64,000 bases of DNA from Myxococcota bacterium (GTDB lineage Bacteria > Myxococcota > Kuafuiibacteriia > Kuafuiibacteriales > Kuafuiibacteriaceae): NCBI GenBank assembly GCA_965223435.1, contig CBDCWQ010000020.1, forward strand, positions 661,357 to 725,356, in the 5' to 3' direction. The notes under the pieces are model-generated. The model did no database searches. It worked only from the letters and a program-made list of their open reading frames with translations, and was not told the origin of the DNA. Shown here in pieces: positions 37,301 through 46,167 of this stretch (positions are counted from its first letter, which is position 1; every line of letters begins with the position of its first letter). The translations under genes and the position numbers were made by a program.

Positions 37301-38276
37301 GAGCTTTCAGCCGGACCGCGTCGATTTGTCCGTTCGCCTGAAAAATACCCGCCCCACTTTTGCCCTCGCGATGGTGGATCTTTCCGGCCAGCTCGACGGG
37401 GATCTGGCGCTGGAGGGGTCCTTGGCGAAGCTGTTGGTTCGCGGTGACCTTCGGGTGCGGCGGCCTCGGGCTCGTCCCAAGCTTGAGTGGCAAAGCCTCA
37501 CCAATCGACGTCTCACCATCAAATCTTATGATCCCTCAAGGGAGCGGTTGACCTTTGATGTGGGCCTAAAGATGCAAGATCCACTTCGCATGAAAAATGA
37601 CAGCGCCGACGTTGAGCTCCTCGGCCATGTTCGGCTGAGCGGAACAAACGAGCGGGTGGGGCTTTTGGGTACATTGGTGGCAAGGCAGGGAGGACGGGTG
37701 ACCTTTTTTGCCCGAGAATACGAGTTGGACGCGGCGACGATCGAGTTTACAGACCGATTTCGCTTTTGGCCTCAGTACGATTTGCTGCTGAACTCACGCG
37801 CCTGCGATGCGCGGATCCGGGCGAATGTGGTAGGCACCCTGGATCGCGATCCCCAGATCAGCTTGACCAGTGTGCCCGAAATGGATGAAGACGACATCGC
37901 GTCTTGTCTTATCAGCGGCGTCCGAAAGAACATTGATGCGGAAACTTTTGCACCCCTTGCCAGCAATATGCTGTGGAAGGCCTCGGGAGTGGATCGCCAG
38001 GTGAGAAAGGTTCTTCCGGTCGATCAAATTGACGTAAGCACGGAGTACTCGTCTCAGACCCAGGCATACGAACCGCGGGTTTTGATTGCCAAAGAGATAC
38101 TCGACGGTCGGATTCGCTTGGAGTATTCCAGTTCTCTGGTGAAGACCACCGACCAACGGGCCGCCTTGACCTGGAGGCTGACGCCGAGACTGACGCTCGA
38201 GGCCGGCTGGACCTCGTCGGAGGACGTCCCCACTGGAGACCTCGGGCTTGATCTCAAACGACGCTGGGAGTGGTAG
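34308..38276 (+). CDS. TamB-like translocation and assembly module protein (AsmA/DUF490 family)
   Basis: ~1320 aa. It has an N-terminal TM anchor AVAFGFVFVAGLAGLVWAF and long beta-rich repeats. The C-terminus has a DUF490-like ending LTWRLTPRLTLEAGW. Confidence 0.75.
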   Translation: MGAHKHHVRETKSARVIRFLKRTAVAFGFVFVAGLAGLVWAFKTGRAVDAVQMEVIEELRTVCKLDAAFGSLSVGVFPPELHLSELELKHFDGRRLLSVEEAIVSLKLLPLLYGRLQLARVAVLGPEASIELEAGKILNLPVCVEPSSAPLAKEGPTRLPIALGVNELTIERGRFELVGQDEVQAELKNIAVSLVPASTGGLNIAVGLDDGSLTMEDETFVVSRVRMLGHLEGLISRPRALSVDLFEVHVADAELSGKGSVDLLGPVYDGELKVEAPLNIIHRLVDDIPKLHGNARVEVSVAGTVASPRASGSVFVEKGQMGPYRFGDASLVRFIVDRKKLELPRVDVTLDRGRVLGSATLDFDQKRSFRMKTEVENLSFGRLMDALGLPGTWIDWRATGRGDVRGGLTPLSLAGKFDYDIRRLFVYDQAWDSPRLRATASLPSPHVLLHVKPARVAGAWRWDEEGVSFSKTTIQGGDTKADAAARVYFEASRGMWVDAHFSEIDFRDIGPIAGLKLEGIGALYGRLEANAVGIGAKGRFDLASIRIGGIPFGQASSEVRWHDEAFLDFSDVRGRLKETAYQGDVSVHVAGEVPIDVQGSISRGRVQDVLIPLGVDGANWGDPRGKIEGDFHLKGPVSHLSGPIGLRLKAFEILGERAEKAMLKGRLDEGVVVLDKVRAHKHGGTVVGRGRFDPHTHRVRAQVDTKDFRLKHIDLLHQNQERLDGELMLHVGVQGQLGSVTGTVAARVRGAHAGSVPLADGSFRGRVQGGAVEVEGGLSDGTLSVASKIALRRHLPYEAKVLLKQMPVAQIVSGLQGHLRYKGNVSLEARLGGSLVDWHLSSGKMKLKQAVLATQSYGFESAGSTKFLLKRGVFQTGRWVVTGPRTRLVAKGRFGKDALDLKLSGRVDLGVLEGLSPSVERAGGSLLIDAGVGGTFMRPDLVGTGRVDGAILQWRGIPSRLSGFQADLSFSQSTVVVDRSLGRWAGGRLEAEGRVFLRSFQPDRVDLSVRLKNTRPTFALAMVDLSGQLDGDLALEGSLAKLLVRGDLRVRRPRARPKLEWQSLTNRRLTIKSYDPSRERLTFDVGLKMQDPLRMKNDSADVELLGHVRLSGTNERVGLLGTLVARQGGRVTFFAREYELDAATIEFTDRFRFWPQYDLLLNSRACDARIRANVVGTLDRDPQISLTSVPEMDEDDIASCLISGVRKNIDAETFAPLASNMLWKASGVDRQVRKVLPVDQIDVSTEYSSQTQAYEPRVLIAKEILDGRIRLEYSSSLVKTTDQRAALTWRLTPRLTLEAGWTSSEDVPTGDLGLDLKRRWEW

Positions 38277-41200
38277 GACGATTTTTGCCGCCTGATGGTC
38301 CTCGTGAGCTTCGCATGGTTGTACGGGTTCCACCGAGATACCGCATTCGAGGCCTGAGGCGGCGATTCGTGTGGGGGGCGTGTGCGGTCGCTCTGGCTGT
38401 CCTTTCAGCGGTCGGCGGCGGGTCTGGCGCGTTGGGGGCGGCGCTCGAACCTGTGGGCGACGCTGCTTTTTCGGGCAAGCGGGTTTCGTCCATCGCCATC
38501 GAGGTGGCGTCTTCTGAGGATCGGGCGGAGCTTTTGCGGCTTTCTGGTCTGCGCGAGGGGCAGCTTTATTCCTCGGCTGCCATCCGCCGTGCCGTGAAAC
38601 TTCTGTATCAACTCGGTCGCTTCGAAAACGTCTTTGTGCGTGCGGCTGAGACCGACGGTGGGGTTGCGTTGGAGCTGGTTCTTCCCCCGAAGCCGCACGT
38701 GCAGAAGATCCGAATTCTCGGGGAGACCACGTTGACGGAGACCGAGGTCCAAGAGGCGATGGGTTTGGTACCTGGCGATCATTTGGATGTCCGGTCTTTG
38801 CCCGCGTTGCGGCAGAAACTGCGGGAAACGCTGCTCGCGAGGGGTTTTCGCCGGGCGGCCCTAGGGATTGCCCTCCAGGCCATGGATCGCTCGGGGGGAA
38901 TGGATCTGCTGCTTCGGGTGGATGATGGGCCCAAGACCCGGCTTCGGCGGCTCGGTCTGAAGGGAGAGCTTCGCTACCCCCGCCCATGGATCGTCCAAAG
39001 GCTAGGACTTTCACCGGGGGATCCTCTGGATTTGCGGGCTATTCCGGCGATGGTGGAGCGGCTTGAGGCCGATTATCGGCGCCGGGGTCACTGGGATGTG
39101 GCGGTGTCCGGCCCAGAAGTCGTCGAATACCCCGACGTTTCGGGCGATGCGCCGGTCGCAGATTTGGTCTTTCGCATCGAGGCGGGTCCGAAGCTTCGGG
39201 TTCGTTTTTTGGGAAACCGCGTCGTGCCCGAAAGGCAGCTTCGATCGGACGCCCAACTGATGCACGCCCTTGGAAGCGGTCCGCCCGAGCTGGCTGAGGT
39301 CCGCGAGCGGATCCTCGGTCGGTACGAGCGGCGCGGATTCTGGAAGGCCGAGGTGCGGGCGATGGTGCGCTCTTCGCCGGATAGGACTGAGCGGGTGGTG
39401 ATCTTTCGAATCCAGGAGGGAACCCGCCCTCGGGTGGCGCGCTGCCTGTTTCCGGGCAATACGGTTTTTCGAGAGCGCGATCTTTGGGAGCAGGTGCTGC
39501 TTGCCCTGGAGCGTACCTTGGGGTCTGAGCTGGAGCGCCCGGGGGCCGATCCCGAGGTGTTGGGCGAAATTTTGGGGGATCACTCCTCACCGGGCGAAAG
39601 GGATTCCGAGCAGCCGTACAACACTTCTCCCGATCCGAATCGCTACGAGCCTTTCTTCCAGAATCCCAGGCCCAGGATTTATGTGGCGCGTGCCTATCGG
39701 GCGGCGGCGGACGCCATTGCTGATCTTTACCGTTCGAAAGGGTATCAGACGGTCGAGGTGTCTCCTCCAGAGGCCACGCCGAGAAAGGATGGCCGTCTCT
39801 TGGATGTGCGCATCCGTATTCAACCTGGCATTCCGTGGCGGATCGGGAAGCTCAGCTTTGGTGGCAACGAAGCCATCGCTTCGGGTGTGTTGGGCGGCGT
39901 GTCCAAGCTGGACCCTGCGCGCGAAGGGGGGGAGCCTCTTTCTTTCTATACGGTTGAAGAGGCCCGAAGGTCTGTCATGGCGCACTACCGGAACCAGGGC
40001 TACTTGTATGCGACGGTCGCGGAGGAGGTTCTTGCCGCACCCGACGAGGTGCCCGAGCTGAAGTCTCCTCAGGGGCTGGATACCCCCGACGAGCGCATCC
40101 CGGTCCGTGAGGCTTGCCGTCGGGCCGAGATTCGGGGTCGTCCGGAATGCGTCGTGGAGCTTCACTTTCGAATCAACCAGGGCCCGTTGGTGCGGACCCG
40201 ACGCATCATTCTCCGAGGTTTTGCGCGGACGAACGACAAGATCGTCCGCGAAGCGGTGTCCATTCGCGAAGGAGAGATTCTGACGGAGAAAGACATGGTC
40301 AAAACGCGCGCGGAGCTCTTGCGGCTCGGCGTGTTCGAGCGGGTATCGGTTGCGCCGCTGGACCAGGACGAGATCGCGAGCCAAAAGGATGTGTTGATCG
40401 AGGGCAAGGAACGAAAGCATCTGTCGTTTGAGGTCGGCCTGGGGGCGTCCACCGAGCAGGGCCTTCGGGTTTTTGCGGGCTTTGGCCATGCAAATCTGTT
40501 TGGGCGGGCGATTCGACTGCAGGCGAGCACCAAGCTGAGTTACCTGCCCGATCCTTTTTTTGTGTTTTTCAACGAGGAACTTCGGGGGAACGTAGAGACT
40601 TTTTACAAATCGTTTGGGACTTTGGATCGCATCGAACGCGAGTTTGCGGTGGGCCTGACTTTTCCCCGCGTCTTTGGGCTCCCCCCGGGGTACAGCGCCG
40701 GCATGAACGTCAGCGTAGTCCGCGACAATGACCCCGATTTTTCGCTCGATTCCCGCAAGATTTCGCTCACGGGGAATTATAAGGGTTTCAAGCCGGGCGT
40801 GTTTGGGCAGCCGCGGCCGTTGGCGATTCAGCTCCGAACGGAGTTTGATTGGAGTGATCTCAAGTGCAATGTATTGACTTCGAGTCGGGTCGGGCAGGGC
40901 AACCAATGTATCGGCGACGATCAGGAAGGGACCAACGTGTATTTGAGTGCGGGGCCAAGGGTGAGCTGGGACCTCAGGGATCGCGCGCTCGATCCCCGCG
41001 CCGGGGTGTATGCGGAGCTTGGCGGAAGCTACGCCAAGGGGCTCGACAACAACAGCCCGGACCATGTCGATGTCCAAGGTCAGGTCAACGTTTATGTTCC
41101 GCTCTCTCGCGGGGGAACCGGGCTTGCGCTGGCGTTGATCGGGCACCGCGTGGTTCTGCTCGAGGATGGTGGGGCGCCTATTCCCCGCAACCGCCGCGCC

Positions 41201-41557
41201 TTTGTCGGGGGACACAGCACGGTTAGGGGATATGCGGAAAGAAGCATTTTCCCCAGGGACGGCGACCTCGAAGGTGAGGGCACCCTCCTTTCTCAGGGAG
41301 GGGCGCTTTCGGTTGCGGTGAAAACTGAGTTGCGGCTGCCGGTTTTTGGAGCTCTGTCCTTGGCGGGTTTCTTCGATGTAGGCGAATTGTTTGAGAATGC
41401 CAGCGCGTTTGCGCTCCATCGGGACTACGCGGCGGGCGCGGGCCTTGGCGTCCGATACGCGACCCCGGTCGGGCCTCTTTCCATCGATTTTGCGGTCCCG
41501 CTCAATGGAGATCGTGGCATTCCGCAACAGATTCACTTCTCTGTCCGTAGTTTTTGA
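38270..41557 (+). CDS. Omp85-family outer-membrane assembly protein (BamA/TamA-like) with extended POTRA array
   Basis: The protein ends in a C-terminal Phe (HFSVRSF). The terminal ~400 aa form an Omp85 barrel. N-terminal to that are at least five POTRA-like modules. The GTG start overlaps the tamB-like stop (GTGGTAG); an alternative ATG lies at 38315. Confidence 0.8.
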   Translation: MVGRFLPPDGPRELRMVVRVPPRYRIRGLRRRFVWGACAVALAVLSAVGGGSGALGAALEPVGDAAFSGKRVSSIAIEVASSEDRAELLRLSGLREGQLYSSAAIRRAVKLLYQLGRFENVFVRAAETDGGVALELVLPPKPHVQKIRILGETTLTETEVQEAMGLVPGDHLDVRSLPALRQKLRETLLARGFRRAALGIALQAMDRSGGMDLLLRVDDGPKTRLRRLGLKGELRYPRPWIVQRLGLSPGDPLDLRAIPAMVERLEADYRRRGHWDVAVSGPEVVEYPDVSGDAPVADLVFRIEAGPKLRVRFLGNRVVPERQLRSDAQLMHALGSGPPELAEVRERILGRYERRGFWKAEVRAMVRSSPDRTERVVIFRIQEGTRPRVARCLFPGNTVFRERDLWEQVLLALERTLGSELERPGADPEVLGEILGDHSSPGERDSEQPYNTSPDPNRYEPFFQNPRPRIYVARAYRAAADAIADLYRSKGYQTVEVSPPEATPRKDGRLLDVRIRIQPGIPWRIGKLSFGGNEAIASGVLGGVSKLDPAREGGEPLSFYTVEEARRSVMAHYRNQGYLYATVAEEVLAAPDEVPELKSPQGLDTPDERIPVREACRRAEIRGRPECVVELHFRINQGPLVRTRRIILRGFARTNDKIVREAVSIREGEILTEKDMVKTRAELLRLGVFERVSVAPLDQDEIASQKDVLIEGKERKHLSFEVGLGASTEQGLRVFAGFGHANLFGRAIRLQASTKLSYLPDPFFVFFNEELRGNVETFYKSFGTLDRIEREFAVGLTFPRVFGLPPGYSAGMNVSVVRDNDPDFSLDSRKISLTGNYKGFKPGVFGQPRPLAIQLRTEFDWSDLKCNVLTSSRVGQGNQCIGDDQEGTNVYLSAGPRVSWDLRDRALDPRAGVYAELGGSYAKGLDNNSPDHVDVQGQVNVYVPLSRGGTGLALALIGHRVVLLEDGGAPIPRNRRAFVGGHSTVRGYAERSIFPRDGDLEGEGTLLSQGGALSVAVKTELRLPVFGALSLAGFFDVGELFENASAFALHRDYAAGAGLGVRYATPVGPLSIDFAVPLNGDRGIPQQIHFSVRSF

Positions 41558-41755
41558 ACCACACTTGCCCCTGTTTGACCCCCCGCCCGGAGGCTTTGCC
41601 GAGGCATTTGGGTTTGGCGCGGTCATTGCAAGGTCTCCTGCACACGGGATGTGGGGCGGATCCCACTCTCAAGTCGGATGATCTGACAAATCACTGGGCT
41701 ACACAGTTTCCGTTTAGGCGCAGCTGTGAGACAGTGGTCTCGAAAGGAGCGGGCG

Positions 41756-42148
41756 ATGGCGATGAAGACAGAAGGGCGTCGATCCCAAAGGGTCCCTATT
41801 GGACCATTTGTGGTTGGGTTGTCCGACCAAGATCACACAGTCCAAGGCAACGTGGGCGTGGGCGGCGTAGGCTTTGAGATCGAAGCATCGGTCCCGGTTC
41901 GCCCCGGCGATGGGTTGCTGGTCCACCTATCGCTAGAAGAAGAAGGCGATGAGCCGCTGTGTTTGGGGGCCATCGTCAGGCACACCCACGCGCTGGCGGA
42001 CCAGGCTCGGAAATATGTGGGTGCAAAATTCGTCGACATGGACGCACTGGTTGAGAACCCGCTGTTCCGATACGTCGAAGAAGCGGCGCTCATCAAGACC
42101 GTGCATCTGGAAGAGCCGGTGCGCGTGACCCCCTCGCAGCCGCTTTAA
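41756..42148 (+). CDS. PilZ domain protein
   Basis: It has the RRSQRVP (RxxxR) motif and the NVGVGGVGF (D/NxSxxG-like) motif. An AAGGAG RBS lies 8 nt upstream of the ATG. Confidence 0.6.
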   Translation: MAMKTEGRRSQRVPIGPFVVGLSDQDHTVQGNVGVGGVGFEIEASVPVRPGDGLLVHLSLEEEGDEPLCLGAIVRHTHALADQARKYVGAKFVDMDALVENPLFRYVEEAALIKTVHLEEPVRVTPSQPL

Positions 42149-42176
42149 TCCCCCTGAATGTGTTATCCCTTCTCCC

Positions 42177-42899
42177 GTGTTTTCGCCGGCGTCCAAGAGT
42201 CCTGAAGACCAAGGTCGTTTGTATCGAGAAGCGCTCGAGCGCGGGGCCCTGTCCCTCGGCCTTACCGTTTGTCCAGAGGCGGTGGACGCGATGTGCATTC
42301 ATTATGAGCTGCTCTTACGCTGGGCGGTTCGTGTGAATTTGACCTCGGTCCTTGACCCGGTTCGTGCTGCGGGCCTTCACGGTATCGATTCTTTGCTTTT
42401 CGCAGAGTGTCTGACCGGGGCGGTCGGGGCGTCGCGCGCCGCTGTTGATGTGGGGTCGGGCGGAGGTTTTCCGGGCATTCCGGTGGCGCTGGTGCACCCT
42501 GAATTTCAAATGACCCTTCTCGAACCCCGGCGTAAGCGGGCGTCTTTTTTGCGCGTGGTGCTCCGCACCATCAAGCGCACTGATGTTCGGGTTGTCGAGG
42601 GGCGACTTGAAGGCTCAGAGGTTCGCACGAAGGAGGCCGTGGCCTCAGAAGGGCTTTGGCCAAGCGACGTGATCCTTTCGAGGGCCACCATGCCGCCTCA
42701 GATCTGGATCGATCGACTGGCTCCCAGGCTTCGTCCTGGAGGCGTTGCCCTGGTAAGCTCAGGTGCGCAAGGGCCCGACCCGGGTGAAGTGAAGCGCTGG
42801 GCAGAGGATGCGCGCTTGTCTTACCGTGACCGGCTCTCGTGGACGCTCCCCGGCGGCGAAATGAGGCGCATCGATCGCTTGGGGGCGCCAGCCGTGTGA
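42177..42899 (+). CDS. rsmG: 16S rRNA (guanine527-N7)-methyltransferase RsmG
   Basis: It has the motifs VDVGSGGGFPGIPVAL and LLEPRRKRASFL, with a GidB-like fold. Confidence 0.85.
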   Translation: MFSPASKSPEDQGRLYREALERGALSLGLTVCPEAVDAMCIHYELLLRWAVRVNLTSVLDPVRAAGLHGIDSLLFAECLTGAVGASRAAVDVGSGGGFPGIPVALVHPEFQMTLLEPRRKRASFLRVVLRTIKRTDVRVVEGRLEGSEVRTKEAVASEGLWPSDVILSRATMPPQIWIDRLAPRLRPGGVALVSSGAQGPDPGEVKRWAEDARLSYRDRLSWTLPGGEMRRIDRLGAPAV

Positions 42900-43079
42900 T
42901 TCTGTCCGGTTGCAGCGCTCCGGGCGTCTTTGCTTCCCTCGTGGACGGCACGCAAGATGGGGAACAGACGTGGGCCGTGGTGGTGCCCTTTCGCGGCCAG
43001 CGACCGGATAAACCCCCTTGCCGTGGATATCCGGTTGGAAAGCGCGCTTCTGGTTCTCTCAGGCGGTTGACCGTGTGTC

Positions 43080-43826
43080 TTGAGATCGTTATCCCTTTTT
43101 GCTGCCGTGGGTTTATTAGACGCATTTAAACGCAAGTCGCCGCTTGAGCGGGCCGCCAAGCAGCTGCGGGAACCGTTCGCTCAGCCCGACTATCGAAGGG
43201 CGGCGATGGACAAGCTCTTGGAGATGGCGACGCCGGAGGCCTACGAGGCTTTGCTCGGGCGGTTCACCTTCAACGCCAATGGGCAGATCGCCGACGAGGA
43301 CGAGAAGCGGGATCTGGTGGATCAGTTTGTGGAGCTGGGGGCTACGGTGGTGGGGCCCTTGAAGACCTTTATCGGAAGAGAAAAGGCCATTTCATTCCCC
43401 ATTCGGGCTTTGGTGCGCATCGTCGGTCGAGACGAGGCGCTCCCCTTCTTGATAGAATGTCTGTCGGCCCACGAACCGTCAGACCACCGGTCGTTTCAAG
43501 CGAAGACGAGCCTCATCATTGCGATCACGGATCTTGCGGGGCCAGAGTGCGCAGAGGTGATTGCGCCCTACTTGTCGGATCACAGCGACGATGTGCAGTT
43601 TCAGGCGGTGGTGGCCCTTGAGGCGCTGGCCAACCCCGACAGTGCAAAAGCGCTGGCCAACGTGTGTGTGGAGGAGGCCCACGCGGGTCGGATCCAGCGG
43701 CGTGCGGCAGAGGCTTTGGCCTCGCTCAAATTTTCCGTGAAAGAAGAGTTTGAACGGTTTCAGCCTGAAATCAAAGAAGAGTACATATTGGGCAAAAAGG
43801 GTGTGCTTGCCAAGAAGTATGCCTGA
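43080..43826 (+). CDS. HEAT-repeat protein
   Basis: The C-terminal repeats are of the PBS-lyase HEAT type (QAVVALEALANPDSAKAL.., RRAAEALASL). The start is uncertain: TTG at 43080 versus ATG at 43206. Confidence 0.45.
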   Translation: MRSLSLFAAVGLLDAFKRKSPLERAAKQLREPFAQPDYRRAAMDKLLEMATPEAYEALLGRFTFNANGQIADEDEKRDLVDQFVELGATVVGPLKTFIGREKAISFPIRALVRIVGRDEALPFLIECLSAHEPSDHRSFQAKTSLIIAITDLAGPECAEVIAPYLSDHSDDVQFQAVVALEALANPDSAKALANVCVEEAHAGRIQRRAAEALASLKFSVKEEFERFQPEIKEEYILGKKGVLAKKYA

Positions 43827-44790
43827 AGACGCGAAAGGGAGCGGTTCGCTGGCGCTGTCCGCCCGGCAGATAGGCTCAGGCAAGCTGGAAGCAGTGGTCT
43901 CCCAGCACAGCAAACGACTTGATCACGCGTTGTGCGCGGTCGCGCCTGGATTGAGTCGAAGGCTTGCGCGGCGTCTGATTCGCGAGGGTTGTGTCTTTTT
44001 GGATGGTCGGCGCTGCCGTATCGAGTCCAAGGCGGTGGCCAAGGGGGCCAGGATTGTTCTCCATGGTGGGGCGACATCGCAGAGCAAGGAGCAAGATGGA
44101 CTGCGAGACTCGTTCCCCTCCGATGGCTTTGAGCGCATCTATGTCGATGATGACGTGGTGGTGGTCAACAAGGCGGCGGGGGTTCAGGTGAACGAAACCG
44201 AGAGCACCGTGAAGAGGGGGCTGATCACCCGGCTTGGGGTCAAGCAGGCTTTCTTGGTGCACCGTCTAGATAAGGACACGTCTGGCGTGATGGTGTTTGC
44301 ACAAAAACGTGCGGTCGCCGCTGAGCTGGCCCACGGTTTTCGCACCCGTACCGTTCAAAAAGTCTATGCGGCCATCGTTGAGGGGGCACCCTCGGACGGA
44401 TGGGTAGAGGCACCGCTCGGTCGCGATCCTGCTCGTCCTCGGGCGCAGGCTGTGCTCCCGGCGGGTCGGCCGGCCAAAACACGCGTTCGGTGCCTTTTGT
44501 CCATCCGTGGGTTGTCTTTGTTGGAGGTTCGTCCGGTGACTGGGCGCACGCACCAGATTCGCGTCCATCTAAGCCACCAGGGTGCGCCGATTCTGGGTGA
44601 TCTCCTTTATGGCGGTGTGTCTGCGTTTCGGGCGGGTGATGAGGTGGTCCACGCCCCAAGAACCCTCCTGCATTCGTCCAGCCTCAGTTTTCGCTTAAGG
44701 GGCAAGCGTCGGGTTTTTGTGGCGCCCCTGCCGACAGATTTTCTCGCTTTTAGGTCGCTTGGGCTGGCGTTCTCGCACTTCTTTACGTAG
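43819..44790 (+). CDS. RluA-family pseudouridine synthase (RluD-like, S4 domain + catalytic domain)
   Basis: It has an S4-like N-terminal region and the catalytic HRLDKDTSGVMVFA motif. The ATG at 43819 overlaps the upstream stop by 8 nt. Confidence 0.85.
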   Translation: MPEDAKGSGSLALSARQIGSGKLEAVVSQHSKRLDHALCAVAPGLSRRLARRLIREGCVFLDGRRCRIESKAVAKGARIVLHGGATSQSKEQDGLRDSFPSDGFERIYVDDDVVVVNKAAGVQVNETESTVKRGLITRLGVKQAFLVHRLDKDTSGVMVFAQKRAVAAELAHGFRTRTVQKVYAAIVEGAPSDGWVEAPLGRDPARPRAQAVLPAGRPAKTRVRCLLSIRGLSLLEVRPVTGRTHQIRVHLSHQGAPILGDLLYGGVSAFRAGDEVVHAPRTLLHSSSLSFRLRGKRRVFVAPLPTDFLAFRSLGLAFSHFFT

Positions 44791-44799
44791 CCTCGGTTC

Positions 44800-45312
44800 A
44801 TGGCACATATTGGTCGATGGTCCGTGGTTTTGGGGCTGATGGTTCTGGGCGTGGCCCAAACGGGGAACGCAAAGGAAGAGGACAAAAAGGACAAGGCTTC
44901 GGCTGAGACCCACAAGGTGCACATGAAAGTGTGGCGTGTTCTTGATGGTGCCAAGAAAGAGATTGATGGGTGCACGGCCCGCTATGTGGAAGAGTACCCG
45001 AAGGCCAAAGGCACCGCGCGGGTTTCAACCACGGTGCAAAAAGACGGGAGGGTGTCGAAGGCATCGGTCAGTACGTCGCTTGAAGGGGCTCGGAATCTCA
45101 GGGCCTGCCTAGAGAAGATCGCACGCGGCTGGCGCTTCCCCGAGCCCCAAGCGGAGTCCGCTGATTTTTCGTTTGAACTCGTGGTTCAAAAGGGCGTGAA
45201 GTTTTCGCTTCTGAAGCCGGGTGAAAAGCCCAAAGATCGGCCCAAAGAAGGGAAGGGCGACCAGGGATTTATCAAGTTTGTGGGGCGTTGGCTTCCCCCG
45301 GGTTGGAAGTAG
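44800..45312 (+). CDS. Hypothetical secreted protein
   Basis: 170 aa with a signal peptide MAHIGRWSVVLGLMVLGVAQTGNA. The mature part is Lys-rich. Confidence 0.45.
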   Translation: MAHIGRWSVVLGLMVLGVAQTGNAKEEDKKDKASAETHKVHMKVWRVLDGAKKEIDGCTARYVEEYPKAKGTARVSTTVQKDGRVSKASVSTSLEGARNLRACLEKIARGWRFPEPQAESADFSFELVVQKGVKFSLLKPGEKPKDRPKEGKGDQGFIKFVGRWLPPGWK

Positions 45313-46100
45313 GGCGTTCGGTGTCTTCATACGCCGTCCGGTGCCCGCGCTTCGCAAGACCTTGGTTTTTTGCGTTGAGGCCCTATCCGCGGATCTTTGC
45401 CGGGGTCTTCATCGGCGCCGTCTTGGCGGTTTCCGGCTCTGTTTTGGCCGGGGAAGAAGTGGATGCCGGCTCAAAGGACAAGCGGGTACTCACCTTCCAT
45501 GGGCTCCGGAGGCTGGAAGAAGATCCCAAAATATCCGATGAACACAAACGCGCCGCCTGGGATGCGTTTGTCAAGCGTGCCACCGAGCAGGTCGCCTATG
45601 CCAAAAAAGCAGTGGTGCACTGGGAGCGGGTGGCAGAGCAACGGCTGGTGAAGACCGCCCAAGCCTACGAGGCCGATGCCGGGGCTTCAGTCGACAAGAA
45701 AATACACGCTTGGCGCGCGCTGGTGGACCGTTTTCCCAAGGCGTCCGAATCCGGGCACGCGCAAAAGCGCATCGCCGACCTCAAAGCTCAGGAAACCGCG
45801 CGACGGGTGGAAGTCGCCGAGCACAAGGAGGCCTCACGGCGGAACAAAGTCGTGCGCCTTCAAGCGTGGGGCGAGGTGTTGGCGTGGACCCAAGGTGGAC
45901 CCGAGGCCGATAAAGCCGCCGCGCGGGTGCGCGCGCTCAGAGGCCAACTTTATGCCGAAGCTTCCAGCTTAGACCGGCTTGTGGGGATAGATGCCGCGAG
46001 CAAGATTCGTTTGTGGCAAGAAGTCCTCGATGGCCGGCCGACCCCGCGTCAATCTGCGCGCGCGCTCAAACGCATCGAGGCCCTCCGCGGGCAACGCTAA
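45288..46100 (+). CDS. Hypothetical membrane-anchored protein
   Basis: It has a hydrophobic anchor IFAGVFIGAVLAVSGSVLA. There is no in-frame ATG, so the start is TTG at 45288 or GTG at 45321. The rest is helical and charged. Confidence 0.4.
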   Translation: MASPGLEVGRSVSSYAVRCPRFARPWFFALRPYPRIFAGVFIGAVLAVSGSVLAGEEVDAGSKDKRVLTFHGLRRLEEDPKISDEHKRAAWDAFVKRATEQVAYAKKAVVHWERVAEQRLVKTAQAYEADAGASVDKKIHAWRALVDRFPKASESGHAQKRIADLKAQETARRVEVAEHKEASRRNKVVRLQAWGEVLAWTQGGPEADKAAARVRALRGQLYAEASSLDRLVGIDAASKIRLWQEVLDGRPTPRQSARALKRIEALRGQR

Positions 46101-46125
46101 GCCGTTTTTTGGCAAGGGGAGGGGC

Positions 46126-46147
46126 GCCGCTCACGGGTGAAAGCGGC
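46126..46147. terminator. Hairpin between convergent genes (putative bidirectional terminator)
   Basis: The sequence GCCGCT-cacgggtgaa-AGCGGC is a 6-bp stem with a 10-nt loop. A second hairpin GCAGACG..CGTCTGC follows at 46149-46178. Both lie between the stops of the 45288 (+) and 46168 (-) genes. Confidence 0.4.
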
Positions 46148-46167
46148 TGCAGACGAAACGCGTTCGG

